This document shows, one piece after another, positions 35,638 through 44,920 of a DNA stretch of 64,000 nt (the stretch's first letter is position 1; each line of letters starts with the position of its first letter). The position numbers were made by a program, and so were the translations under genes. The notes under the pieces are model-generated. The model was not told where the DNA came from. It saw only the letters and a list, made by a program, of their open reading frames with translations, and did no database searches. The DNA lies in IMG/VR virus record IMGVR_UViG_3300048074_000120, positions 124,972 through 188,971 of that record. One strand, 5' to 3'. Source of the stretch: a virus.

Positions 35638-36521
35638 ATGACGGTTACCTCCACAGGAACTCCTTGAATGGCAGGATTCGGTATCCTGATGATGGAGCTG
35701 TCGGCTCGAGCCGCCTGCAATTGGGCAGACCCGGACGACAACCCACGGAGGACCAGAGTCTTGTCGGTAGCGAGCACCGCCAGGACGTTGGGATTGCTCG
35801 ATGACCACTGGACATCGCAGATGGCCACGCCCGGCAGCACGCGACCGTCCGAGGTCCGTACCGTGGGTGTGACGGTGATCTCGTGCTCGACACCGGCCGT
35901 AGTCGAGTACGGCCCAGCCGGGTCAAACGAGATGCTCTCGACCACTGGGAAGATGAGGTCAGGCAGGTTGACGCTAGGCGCATCGGGGACCGTGATGATC
36001 CGCACCTGGTCTTCGAACCCTTCGACCGTCACCTCATACTGGCCAAAGCGCACCAGGTTGAATTGAACAAAGCCGCGAGCGTCCGTCGTGCACTGCAGCA
36101 GCTCCGTAAGCATGGCCGCATCCTCAAAGAGGATTGGGTCGAACTTCGGAACTACATGGACGATGTGACCGACAGCAGGAGAGTTATCGGGTTGCTTGAA
36201 GAATCCCGAGCAACAACACAGCCGTGGGTGCACCGCTTCCGGAGGTGTGTAAACGTGCCCAACCGCTGTGTAGGTGTTGATTACGGTGTCAGGCACCACC
36301 ACGTTCTGTGGCTGGGGGATAGAGCACCGTTCCTTGAAGAAGCGGGCTTGATAGGTGGCCGGCGCGGTGAGAGTAAACCCAGCTAATCCGGCAGCATCCG
36401 TCGTTGCCTGCATGATGAAGGTTGTGCCTGTGGCATCGAAGATACGGACTACAACCCCCACGATCGGATTAGAATTTACCGTGTCGTCCTTGACGAAAAT
36501 ACCAACGCTGGATAATGACAT
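35634..36521 (-). CDS. probable virion protein with beta-sandwich (carboxypeptidase-regulatory/Ig-like) domains (295 aa)
   Basis: GVVVRIFDA...TTDAAGLAGFTL; TTDARGFVQFNLV; VQWSSSNPNVLAV (Big_2-like). Confidence 0.65.
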   Translation of the reverse strand: MSLSSVGIFVKDDTVNSNPIVGVVVRIFDATGTTFIMQATTDAAGLAGFTLTAPATYQARFFKERCSIPQPQNVVVPDTVINTYTAVGHVYTPPEAVHPRLCCCSGFFKQPDNSPAVGHIVHVVPKFDPILFEDAAMLTELLQCTTDARGFVQFNLVRFGQYEVTVEGFEDQVRIITVPDAPSVNLPDLIFPVVESISFDPAGPYSTTAGVEHEITVTPTVRTSDGRVLPGVAICDVQWSSSNPNVLAVLATDKTLVLRGLSSGSAQLQAARADSSIIRIPNPAIQGVPVEVTVI

Positions 36522-36523
36522 GG

Positions 36524-36925
36524 TTACCTGAAGGGTCTGTCGCTGCTATTGAGCTCAAGGATGTCGCCAGGTCGTAGGTAGTGACTGAGCTTCACCCTGC
36601 GTCGACCAATGACCCTGGCGTATTTGAAGACAGGGATGTGCTTGAAGATGCTGTCCTGCAGGCGTGCTCGAGCAAACAGCCGCTGCACGTTGAGCGTAGG
36701 CTCCCAAGACACGTGCACCGAGCGCAAGCCTGTTGGGGACATGTAGAGAATAGTGACGTGATTCGTTGGAGTAGGTGTTACCCCACTGTGTTCAGGCGCA
36801 CGGGGAACTACTTGTAGCGGCACGAATAGGTCAGTGGCACGAGGAAAAGAGGTGGAAGTACTCCCCTCGCTCGATGCATCTCCGAGCAGCACCTGTTCTA
36901 TTGCCTCAGGCGAATACATGGTCAC
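36524..36925 (-). CDS. hypothetical protein (133 aa), C-terminus possibly beta-grasp-like
   Basis: ...RVKLSHYLRPGDILEL. Confidence 0.7.
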   Translation of the reverse strand: MTMYSPEAIEQVLLGDASSEGSTSTSFPRATDLFVPLQVVPRAPEHSGVTPTPTNHVTILYMSPTGLRSVHVSWEPTLNVQRLFARARLQDSIFKHIPVFKYARVIGRRRVKLSHYLRPGDILELNSSDRPFR

Positions 36926-37965
36926 ACATTACTCAATAAGGTGGGTATTTGGGGGATTCTAACTCTGAAGTAGTCCTGCTGTTCAGAGATATCCGGGTCA
37001 AGCAAGGGAAACGAGGTTATTGCCGGATCTGTAGGAACCAGAATGGTTTTGACCAGGTTCGATCCAGCGATGGAAAGCTCATATTGCATGCCACGCACGA
37101 GCGTAAACTCGATGTGGCCAAAGGCATCCGTCAACTTCGAGAGGGCATTGCCAAGGACAGATTTGCCATCGACCATTGTGCCGTTGTACTGAGCGCTCAA
37201 GCTCACCTCTCGGCTCACTAACGGCCGCCCTTGCAAGTCAATGAGGTCTAAGTAGCCACAAGCAAGGTTCAGTGGGTTGACCCCCACTACTTGTCCAACG
37301 CTAAACGGGAGGCTGAACTCGCTCACGGATCCCGTTGAACGATTGCGAAACCGCGTTCGATAGAAGAAACTGGTCGACCCAGCGCCGTCCGTGAACAGAT
37401 AAAGATTCACCCCAGGGGTCAATGCAATTCGGGCATCCTTGCCAAAGACCAAATCGTCGGGCGGCTGCAAAGGGAGGGCTAAAGTTGAAGCGGCCTCGCT
37501 TGGAAGGACACGTAGAGCCGCGGCGGTGCCCGGCTCCATGGTCTCAATCACAAGCTGCGCACTGGTGTCCACATACGAATGAAGCCGCCCAGCACTCTGA
37601 GCGTCTATCTGCGAGGCGGCTTGTGCAAATGTTATGGGGTCTGGCCCCACAAACGTAATCGCTATCGTGTCCTTTTCCTTCAGTACAAGCTCCAAAGTTT
37701 TCCCGTTGAGCGCTACCGAAGGCCCCGTTACGAGTGACGCTGGCTGATCTCCCCCGGTTTTGGGAAGCCGTGCAGGCCGCCACCGATCCGAGGTCATCTC
37801 TTCGTAGGGGCCACTGAATGTCGAGCGGGACCGCCAAATCTCCACCACATCGAAGTAGCCCACAAAGTCCGTGTCCTTCGCGAGTAGTTCTAACGTCACT
37901 ACTCCGAAGTCTATGGGTTCATTGGACCTAAGTGGGCTTACAACTATCGTATTAGGCAGTGACAT
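36922..37965 (-). CDS. probable virion structural protein (347 aa)
   Basis: Beta-rich; shares a TDxxG.I/V.F.LVR.. repeat with 35634..36521. Confidence 0.6.
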   Translation of the reverse strand: MSLPNTIVVSPLRSNEPIDFGVVTLELLAKDTDFVGYFDVVEIWRSRSTFSGPYEEMTSDRWRPARLPKTGGDQPASLVTGPSVALNGKTLELVLKEKDTIAITFVGPDPITFAQAASQIDAQSAGRLHSYVDTSAQLVIETMEPGTAAALRVLPSEAASTLALPLQPPDDLVFGKDARIALTPGVNLYLFTDGAGSTSFFYRTRFRNRSTGSVSEFSLPFSVGQVVGVNPLNLACGYLDLIDLQGRPLVSREVSLSAQYNGTMVDGKSVLGNALSKLTDAFGHIEFTLVRGMQYELSIAGSNLVKTILVPTDPAITSFPLLDPDISEQQDYFRVRIPQIPTLLSNV

Positions 37966-38440
37966 GTCTCCAAGTCTTTCCCAGCTTTATGGCTGAAATT
38001 TGGCTATGAGCTACATCGTACTTCTTGCCCAATGCGCGTAACGAAGCACCTTTACCAAGTGCCTGTTTTATTTCTCGCACAGCCGCTACCGTAAGCCTCG
38101 CTAGGTTATTTCTCTCTCCAACGGGGGCTCCTCCACGGCGTCGACCTTTTGCTGTCATGTCCGCTAGGTTATCTGCCTGTGTTCCCTCAAACAGATGACT
38201 TGGGCGTACGCATGCAGGATTGTCGCACCGATGCAGTGCATTAGGGTTTGGCCATCTCCCATGCTCCAAGAACCAAGAGACCCTAGGGGCAAGCTGCATC
38301 TTGCCCCCAACGCCAATTCTCCCGTACCCATTTCCATTTCGAAAGCCAGTCCATAGAAAGCAGCAAGTGGTCATCCCTGGCATACAGGGGCCTTTCTTGT
38401 CTACTTTTGACCAAAACCTTTCGAACAAGGGTTGCGGCAT
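37952..38440 (-). CDS. HNH homing endonuclease (HNH_3-like) with C-terminal HTH
   Basis: RFWSKVDK..C.LWTG..GYG..LHRCDNPACVRPSHLFEGTQADN. Confidence 0.92.
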   Translation of the reverse strand: MPQPLFERFWSKVDKKGPCMPGMTTCCFLWTGFRNGNGYGRIGVGGKMQLAPRVSWFLEHGRWPNPNALHRCDNPACVRPSHLFEGTQADNLADMTAKGRRRGGAPVGERNNLARLTVAAVREIKQALGKGASLRALGKKYDVAHSQISAIKLGKTWRHVTA

Positions 38441-38447
38441 GTCACCT

Positions 38448-38816
38448 CTACTGCTGTTTGCGCATAAGGGGATCGCGAGCCGGATTCCTTGGAATTACAA
38501 CGCCATCTTCAGTGATCATGTTCTGTTGGAGATTGACGCCATACTTCGACTCGAGTTGAAGCATGAATTTGCGTGCTTCTTGACTGATCTGCCCGAAGTC
38601 GATCTGGGCTCGCTGCAGCTCTCTGGAGTACATATCGATGAGGAGTTGGGCTTTCTCAGCCTTCACTCCAAGTAATAGGTACTCCATAAGGTCAGCGCGT
38701 TCAATACGTACCGGTTGTGGCGCCTCTTGTACGCCAGGTTCCTGCGTAGCAGTTACACCCGGATCGGTAGTCTTCGGATAGCTGTCGGCATTGTGCTCTT
38801 GTGGGTGTATGTCCAT
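38448..38816 (-). CDS. hypothetical coiled-coil protein (122 aa)
   Basis: ATG 3 nt after the upstream stop. Confidence 0.7.
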   Translation of the reverse strand: MDIHPQEHNADSYPKTTDPGVTATQEPGVQEAPQPVRIERADLMEYLLLGVKAEKAQLLIDMYSRELQRAQIDFGQISQEARKFMLQLESKYGVNLQQNMITEDGVVIPRNPARDPLMRKQQ

Positions 38817-38819
38817 GGA

Positions 38820-39035
38820 TTATCCCGTCAAAAAGTCATTGATGGAGGCAACCGCAAGCTCGGAGGACTGGCTTACGGCAGCTTGTGCCAACCGAGTTGA
38901 GCCTGTTCGACCTTGCAAAATCCTTTTGCACACGTCGACCCGGTGATTCAACGTCTTTCTTTGCTGCTCGGCGAACTGGGTCACGGCTGACTGCAGGGCA
39001 TCCAACCGTTGGTTTCGTTCTGCAATGGTGGCCAT
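38820..39035 (-). CDS. hypothetical protein (71 aa)
   Basis: ATG ORF in operon. Confidence 0.65.
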   Translation of the reverse strand: MATIAERNQRLDALQSAVTQFAEQQRKTLNHRVDVCKRILQGRTGSTRLAQAAVSQSSELAVASINDFLTG

Positions 39036-39071
39036 TACATAAAATCTACCCGAAATGGCACAACGGGGCGA

Positions 39072-39752
39072 CTACTTTGCAGAACGTTCTATGAGCTGGC
39101 TGATGTTGCGATAGCTTTTGCGATGTACCAGCGTCACGCCGTGCTTGACCAAACCCTGCTGATGGCTAGGCGTACCGTATCCCACATTGTTCTCAAAATC
39201 GTACCCCGGGTACTCGAGCGCCAATACTTCCATGAGCTCGTCTCGGTACACTTTGGCGAGGATGCTCGCCGCGCTCACCGCAGGAACTAGGTTATCTGCC
39301 TTTGGCATGCAGATAAATCGATCAGGCATACCAGCCGGTCTAGTATTTCCATCCATGACAACGCACGTGTTTGCGGATAAGAAGCGCCCAACACAACGCC
39401 GTACGGCGCGCATCGCCAGTAGGTCCCTCGCACGCGCCACTCCGAGTTCGTCGATTTCCTGGCTGCTGTACGAGAGAATGACGTGGTAGGGGATGATCGG
39501 CGGGATGAGGAGGTTCCGGGTCAGGGCTTCTCGAGTAGCTCGAGCAACCTTTGGGTCGCTCCCATAGTCCTTCGAGTCCCTGACTTCCGGATGGGACCAC
39601 CGGGCAGGGGCAACCGCGGCACACACCACGACCGGCCCTGCCCAGGCTCCGTAGCCTACCTCGTCGACTCCGATGACAAAGTCAAGAGTAGGGTCCTGCA
39701 GCTTGCTCAGACCCCGTTCCTGGAGCTCTGACGAAGTGACTTTCGGCATCAC
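39072..39752 (-). CDS. rnhB: ribonuclease HII
   Basis: GVDEVGYGAWAGPVVV, DSK, MDGN, KAD...VSAASILAKV.RD, GYGT..H. Confidence 0.95.
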   Translation of the reverse strand: MMPKVTSSELQERGLSKLQDPTLDFVIGVDEVGYGAWAGPVVVCAAVAPARWSHPEVRDSKDYGSDPKVARATREALTRNLLIPPIIPYHVILSYSSQEIDELGVARARDLLAMRAVRRCVGRFLSANTCVVMDGNTRPAGMPDRFICMPKADNLVPAVSAASILAKVYRDELMEVLALEYPGYDFENNVGYGTPSHQQGLVKHGVTLVHRKSYRNISQLIERSAK

Positions 39753-40768
39753 AGTTCCCGCGGCGCGCTCGCCAAGGCCTCCTGCTGAAGTACTTCGGCG
39801 GGAATCGCATCCTCGATGTTGATTTTGAAGTCCGCCGGCTTCTCGTAGAGGTCTGGTGTGTTGATCTGGTCAAAGGCCGCCAGGAACTCCTCGTACTCAC
39901 GCTTGGTCATCCCGAGGTTCTCTGCGTGCGGTAAGGTGGCCTGCTCAACCATGTTCCTAGTCAACACGGGTTGATCAAACATCACCACACGGTTGAGCAT
40001 TCTGCGCAGAAGCACCATCTCCATGCGGCTGAAGGTACGCGCTTGAAACTGGTAATCGATCCATGCCTCGTAGGATAACGGCGCCACAGCCCGCATGATC
40101 GAGGCCTTCATGTTGGAATACTGTTGAATCTCCCACTGGGCGTGCCCATCGCAGCGCAGGCAAAGGAAGTGCATGAGGTTGTGCATATCCATAGACCAAA
40201 TCCACTCAGTGTAGATCGATAGGGGTAAGCCAATTCGAGCCAGCTCCCTTGCTAAGTCGACATCTTTTGAGGTCACTAGCTCATAAAGCTCGACTGCTTC
40301 TCGTTGCAATAACCTCCATTTCATCTGAATAGCGTCGGCTTGATACGCGGTGACTGGCTCGGCACGCCCTTGCTTGTTCTTTTTGCTCTGTGTCCCCATA
40401 TCTTTGGGTTCGGGTACGTAGAACTGCATGAACGGTAACGAGTACCGCATGGAATATTCATTCAGGCTAGCAGTTCGATGACGAATTAGCTGCCGTGCTA
40501 CAAAGATGGGCAACTTTACATGAAATCTCAAAATTACTTGCTCAAAGGGTGAGATATGGTTGTGCTTCAACATGTAGCGTAAAAGACCACGATCATCCTT
40601 GCCATTCTTCGTACCGATCCCATACGAGACCCTGGCTGACTCCAGCACCGTGTCGTCAGACCCCATGTAATCTATCAAGGATACGAACCCGTGGTCGAGC
40701 ACACGAAAATATAACCCAAGAATTTCTTCCGCAGCGGGCACAACACGCCTTCTCGTCATTGCTTCCAT
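39749..40768 (-). CDS. thyX: flavin-dependent thymidylate synthase
   Basis: HGFV.LIDYMGSD..ARVSY..H.SPFE..PIFVARQLIRHRTASLNEYSMRYS (ThyX motif RHRx7S). Confidence 0.96.
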   Translation of the reverse strand: MEAMTRRRVVPAAEEILGLYFRVLDHGFVSLIDYMGSDDTVLESARVSYGIGTKNGKDDRGLLRYMLKHNHISPFEQVILRFHVKLPIFVARQLIRHRTASLNEYSMRYSLPFMQFYVPEPKDMGTQSKKNKQGRAEPVTAYQADAIQMKWRLLQREAVELYELVTSKDVDLARELARIGLPLSIYTEWIWSMDMHNLMHFLCLRCDGHAQWEIQQYSNMKASIMRAVAPLSYEAWIDYQFQARTFSRMEMVLLRRMLNRVVMFDQPVLTRNMVEQATLPHAENLGMTKREYEEFLAAFDQINTPDLYEKPADFKINIEDAIPAEVLQQEALASAPREL

Positions 40769-41280
40769 GTTTTGTTCCTTACTACTTTATGTATAGTGGC
40801 AACTGCCAAGCCGTACTCAACCGCCAGTTGCTCAAGTGTTTTCCGTGGATATTGAGACCTAATTGAATGAACTTTTTCCCAAGTGAGCTTGTGGGTGCCA
40901 CAGCGCTCACCACGAGGGGCACGGTCCGGGTGAAGATGCATACCGTGACGATTCCCAGTGGCGGCCCTCCCCTTAGCTACCATATCCCTCGAGTTTTCCA
41001 ACTTCGTACCATTGTGCAGATGGGATGAACGCACACAGCGACGGTAATCGCATTTGTGCAAGAGGCACTCTTTAGGGAATTCTCCATTCTTCAATTTGAA
41101 CGATATTCGATGCGCGTAGTGTAGCTTTCCATCAGTGTAGATGTAGCCGTAACCATTTCGCGTACCGCCCGTCCATTCCCAACAGCACGTTTTCATATGC
41201 GCCTGGGTAGGGCCGTGCTTATTGACATTGGCCCAAAACCTCTCAGCCAACCCGGGCCATCTGTTGACTTTACTTTTCAT
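40756..41280 (-). CDS. HNH homing endonuclease (HNH_3-like) upstream of thyX
   Basis: RFWANVNK..CWEWTG..GYG..AHRIS..LHKCD..CVRSSHL..GT. Confidence 0.92.
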   Translation of the reverse strand: MKSKVNRWPGLAERFWANVNKHGPTQAHMKTCCWEWTGGTRNGYGYIYTDGKLHYAHRISFKLKNGEFPKECLLHKCDYRRCVRSSHLHNGTKLENSRDMVAKGRAATGNRHGMHLHPDRAPRGERCGTHKLTWEKVHSIRSQYPRKTLEQLAVEYGLAVATIHKVVRNKTWKQ

Positions 41281-41726
41281 TTGTATCGATTCCTATCTGG
41301 ACATTTGCCGCCACAAACCTGGCAGTCTGCTTCTTTTTCCCCATGGGACAGGGAACAGTTGTTGATGGAGCCCTCCGGGGTGCGTAATAGCACAGGCGAG
41401 AGGTTTGTATTTTCTTTATGCTCTTTGATGATGACCTGCGTGCGCTTCATGTTTCCGGGAGAGGACTCCCACTGCACTGAAACATGATTGCCTATTTTGC
41501 TCAGCCACATTCGAGTCGTTCTTGGCACATGCGCTTCACCCACCGCCTCTAGCGCGTTCTCTATTTCCTCGAGTAGCATGCAGGACAGTGCAAACTTGTC
41601 TCGGCATACCTGAGGAAGGGCAGAACACTCCCTGTCTGGGGTGGGCGAGATTCTTCCGCACATCCTGCAAACAAAGAGTGTCTTTCCGCTGGGTGAAGTC
41701 GCGTAAAGCTCAAGCCAGCGACTCAT
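41277..41726 (-). CDS. hypothetical Cys-rich protein (149 aa)
   Basis: CRMC...C; CQVC..C; ATGA overlaps. Confidence 0.7.
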   Translation of the reverse strand: MSRWLELYATSPSGKTLFVCRMCGRISPTPDRECSALPQVCRDKFALSCMLLEEIENALEAVGEAHVPRTTRMWLSKIGNHVSVQWESSPGNMKRTQVIIKEHKENTNLSPVLLRTPEGSINNCSLSHGEKEADCQVCGGKCPDRNRYK

Positions 41727-42028
41727 GGACCTTTCTCTGCTGGCCCAGGCTGCTGGAATGCTCTGGCTAGCTCGTTTTGCATGAGGGCCACATTACGAGC
41801 TTGTTTCATACCAAGAAGAGTAGGGTTGAACGCCACGATGTCGTAGGTAGCTACTTTCACCGTGCGAGGTCCCGCCCCTAACGCACCGCTAGCGTCTAAC
41901 TCCTCAACAACGCGATCTAGGCGATATATCTGATAGCCCTCCTCGTCTAACGCGTTCAGGACGATCTCAAGACCCTCCTTCGCTACATTAGGCACGAACT
42001 TCCAAACCTTCTTTTGCTCATCCATCAC
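41723..42028 (-). CDS. hypothetical protein (101 aa)
   Basis: GGAGG SD. Confidence 0.7.
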   Translation of the reverse strand: MMDEQKKVWKFVPNVAKEGLEIVLNALDEEGYQIYRLDRVVEELDASGALGAGPRTVKVATYDIVAFNPTLLGMKQARNVALMQNELARAFQQPGPAEKGP

Positions 42029-43223
42029 TAGCCTCCGCCGGCTTTCTTAGCAGATACGTGCCCGCGAGTGCTTTGATTTCCATGCTCTTTGAAGTGTCCG
42101 TCTGTTTCTCTGCCAAAAGAGACAGCGCTGCAGCAGCCCACCACTTGGAGGGGAGGGGCTCGCCATCGCTACCAACGCCGGGCTTGGGGAGGTCAATAAC
42201 GCCATCGGTCAAGAAGCTTTCGATGGTTGAAACGTCCGACTTGGACAAGGCCTTGTTCAACCGATCTCTGAGCTTTACCCAAGGGATGTCCTCCGCATGG
42301 GCCTTGCCAATGGCATTGAGAAGTGTTTGTACTGACTCGGGCTTCATCACTTCGCGTACAGCTGACTGCTCTGCTGCAGCCACAGCTTCGAGCTCCTTGA
42401 CGGCAGCCCGGTCATCTAGCTTGATGTCCGTGTCCTGCACAACAGAGCCAATGTGGATTCGGCTAAAGGCATCCCCTGTGATGAAGCTGCCTTGCCCATT
42501 GAGGCGAAGCACATTGTGGCTGATCTTCACCTTGCCCTCACCAAAGTCGCTGTTACCCCAGCAGGTGCCGATGGCCACAAACTCCCCTGGGTAAGGTTGG
42601 AAGGCAAAGGGCAAGTAGGTCTGCAGGTGAACGCGAGTATCCGTAATGTGTGCTTTGATCGGCGCCAAGCCAACTTCTTGGCATACCTCGAGAAAAGGCT
42701 GGAGCACTGCTGCGCTGACAAGATGCCTGTTGTAGCTCTGAGTCAGGACCGCCCGGAGTTGTCCATTGACCGTGCGATGCAGGAATTCAGCTTCACGCTT
42801 CAGCTTATTGAGAAATCGCTGGTTTGCGTAAAGTGTGTTGAGGTTCACCACCAGGAGCTCTCGTTTCCAGGCTCCGGGCGTGTCCTCGTCAAGAAAGCCC
42901 AGGTAGGTGCGTTTGAGTCCGGCGATGTCGCTGAGGTGGCCAAGGGCGTGCTTGTGGATCGCCTTGGACTCCGCCGAACCCTGGCGCATCTTGTACCGAA
43001 TACGTACAGGCGAGTGGGCATTACCACCGTCGACAAAGAAGGACATGAGCTTTGGGTGAACGTAACGATCCGTCGGAACGTTGTCGGCACAAAACTGAAC
43101 GAGACGTTTTTGTTCTTGTGAGCCAAGAGTGATGTGAGAAAGGAGACGACGCTGCTGCATGCGTGTTTGTTCGTCATCCCGCACTTCGTAGTCTGCTGCT
43201 GAATAAGGCACAAATACCTCCAT
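42018..43223 (-). CDS. DUF932-like protein (401 aa)
   Basis: LRAVLTQSYNR, WGNSDFGEGKV.I...LRL pattern typical of DUF932. Confidence 0.6.
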   Translation of the reverse strand: MEVFVPYSAADYEVRDDEQTRMQQRRLLSHITLGSQEQKRLVQFCADNVPTDRYVHPKLMSFFVDGGNAHSPVRIRYKMRQGSAESKAIHKHALGHLSDIAGLKRTYLGFLDEDTPGAWKRELLVVNLNTLYANQRFLNKLKREAEFLHRTVNGQLRAVLTQSYNRHLVSAAVLQPFLEVCQEVGLAPIKAHITDTRVHLQTYLPFAFQPYPGEFVAIGTCWGNSDFGEGKVKISHNVLRLNGQGSFITGDAFSRIHIGSVVQDTDIKLDDRAAVKELEAVAAAEQSAVREVMKPESVQTLLNAIGKAHAEDIPWVKLRDRLNKALSKSDVSTIESFLTDGVIDLPKPGVGSDGEPLPSKWWAAAALSLLAEKQTDTSKSMEIKALAGTYLLRKPAEASDG

Positions 43224-43243
43224 GGTGACATAGTTGCACCACG

Positions 43244-43278
43244 CTTATCCCAGATGTAGTCACCGCTTGCGCGGCTAC
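43244..43278 (-). promoter_or_regulatory. phage promoter motif TAGCCGC-GCAA-N14-TGGGATAAG (minus strand)
   Basis: Only clear minus-strand internal copy; precedes the DUF932-thyX-rnhB run. Confidence 0.65.
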
Positions 43279-43279
43279 A

Positions 43280-44041
43280 TCAGATGTTCTGTTTTACTTT
43301 GGTCGCGATAGAGGTCTTCAATCGCGATACCTTGGGCTGTGAGATGCCGAGTTGCGCGGCAAGCCCCGTTGTGTCTGTGATCTTCTTGGCGCCGCCTACG
43401 CCATAGATGTGCTGAAAGACCTTGGCTTCGTCGGGGGTGAAGTATTCGTGAGGACGCTGTTGCATCAGACGAATCACGTCTAGTTCCCGAGAAGAAGCGT
43501 TACCGAAGGGGTCTGTCTCGAAGCGAGAGGCAGGCACATCTTTGCGACGCGCCTTCATCAGCGTTGTGACCTTGTGCTCGGGTAAACCCATGCGAGCGGC
43601 AATCTCACCGTGCGTCGGGGCCCGGCCAAGCTCCTCGAGGAGTTCTTCTTGAGCTCGATCCAACGGACCGATGTTCACCGACTGCCCCTCGGGGATGTAG
43701 CCAACGTTTTGATAGCGTGCGTTGAACCGCTGCGCTTTAGGCAGGCGTGTTTGCACGTGGGTATTGAAGGCAACCCCGCGCTCCGGGTCAAAGGAGTGGG
43801 CTGCATGAATGAACTGCCGCTGAAGCTCTGCGTTGAATGCGGCAGGGTCTACTGCAGGGGCTTTCCAGTCCCTGGCCTTTCTCGCTAGCAAAGGCTCATA
43901 ACGCTTCAACAACGGTTGAAGCTGCTCTGGCTTTCTACCGGATTGATCCCAGGCATGCCAAAGCTGCAGGTCCTCTTCAGCCTTCTTGTTGGCTGTTTTC
44001 TCCTGCAGCTTCAGAAACTCCTGAGCTGGATTCTCATCCAT
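43280..44041 (-). CDS. RNA polymerase sigma-70 family factor, SigB/F/G-like (candidate late sigma)
   Basis: AAHSFDPERGVAFNTH (region 2), ELGRAPTHGEIAARMG (region 3), LAAQLGISQPKVSRLK (region 4). Confidence 0.85.
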   Translation of the reverse strand: MDENPAQEFLKLQEKTANKKAEEDLQLWHAWDQSGRKPEQLQPLLKRYEPLLARKARDWKAPAVDPAAFNAELQRQFIHAAHSFDPERGVAFNTHVQTRLPKAQRFNARYQNVGYIPEGQSVNIGPLDRAQEELLEELGRAPTHGEIAARMGLPEHKVTTLMKARRKDVPASRFETDPFGNASSRELDVIRLMQQRPHEYFTPDEAKVFQHIYGVGGAKKITDTTGLAAQLGISQPKVSRLKTSIATKVKQNI

Positions 44042-44047
44042 GGAACC

Positions 44048-44533
44048 TCAGAATTGGTCTATGACTCGACGCACGCGCTCTGAAAGAGAACCTGCGGCAC
44101 CCTCTTTGGTCTTGCTTTGTAGCAGCAAGGAGTGCGCCGTAAAGTCCCCAGACTTTGCGTGATCGAAGTTTGCACTAAGGACAGCCTGCGCATTACTTTC
44201 AGCGGTAGGCAGTGAGTCAAGCGCTCTGCCAGTGACGGCGTGTCGCTCTTCTTGAGAGGCCACATAGGTGCCTTGGTTTTGGTGGAAGGGGTCCGCACCC
44301 GTGGTCTGCTGCGGCTTTTTCCCCCAGCGGCCATCGACATTGGTCACGTCTTTACGGCCCTTGGGATCGTCGTAGAGATCGGAGTAACTGGCCGTGCTCG
44401 TCGCCTCATTGGTCTCCGGGACTTCACCGCCACCGGCAGCTTCCTTGGCTAACCATTGGGAAAGTTCACTGTTCTCCGCCGTGGTGTAGTTGCTTGCGGT
44501 GATTCGGATGGGGACATCGTCGGTACGTGCCAT
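44048..44533 (-). CDS. hydrophilic hypothetical protein with KEA/KEG motifs (161 aa)
   Basis: ATG ORF; low-complexity, disorder-like composition. Confidence 0.7.
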   Translation of the reverse strand: MARTDDVPIRITASNYTTAENSELSQWLAKEAAGGGEVPETNEATSTASYSDLYDDPKGRKDVTNVDGRWGKKPQQTTGADPFHQNQGTYVASQEERHAVTGRALDSLPTAESNAQAVLSANFDHAKSGDFTAHSLLLQSKTKEGAAGSLSERVRRVIDQF

Positions 44534-44557
44534 ATCACCAGGATACTACGACATTCT

Positions 44558-44920
44558 TCACGTGATACCCAAGTCGGCCCCTATCGTGGCCAGGATGCCT
44601 TCCAGTTCTGCTATTTTGTCGTCCTTTTCCCGAATGGTGGCCTGTACTTCCTCTAGTTTTGCGTTGGCTTCTTGTAGTTCCTCGTAGGTAGTGTCGAGCT
44701 CGTCACTCAAGGCCGAGAGTACCTCTTCCGTGGCACTGCTAAAGACCTTGAAGTCTTCGAACTTCTCGATGGCCATGTCCCAGAGTTTCTTGTCATGAAT
44801 CTCGCAGGACATGGTGATGGTACCGGTGCGGGTACCTACCCTGTTGGAACGCTCCTCAGCAATAACGCCGTAGAAGCGCAGTCCGGGCAGGTCCTTCTCT
44901 ACGTCCGATGTATTTCCCAT
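44558..44920 (-). CDS. coiled-coil protein (120 aa)
   Basis: Heptad run ELDTTYEELQEANAKLEEVQATIREKDDKIAELE. Confidence 0.75.
   Translation of the reverse strand: MGNTSDVEKDLPGLRFYGVIAEERSNRVGTRTGTITMSCEIHDKKLWDMAIEKFEDFKVFSSATEEVLSALSDELDTTYEELQEANAKLEEVQATIREKDDKIAELEGILATIGADLGIT

Noticed and set aside
38817-38827. Minus-strand CGGGATAA upstream of ORF 38448..38816
   Set aside because: Same stop-codon coincidence, no following G and no -35 match.
39749-41280. Group I intron or intein in thyX, ligase, helicase or RNase HII
   Set aside because: These ORFs are of normal length with contiguous motifs; the adjacent HNH genes are free-standing.
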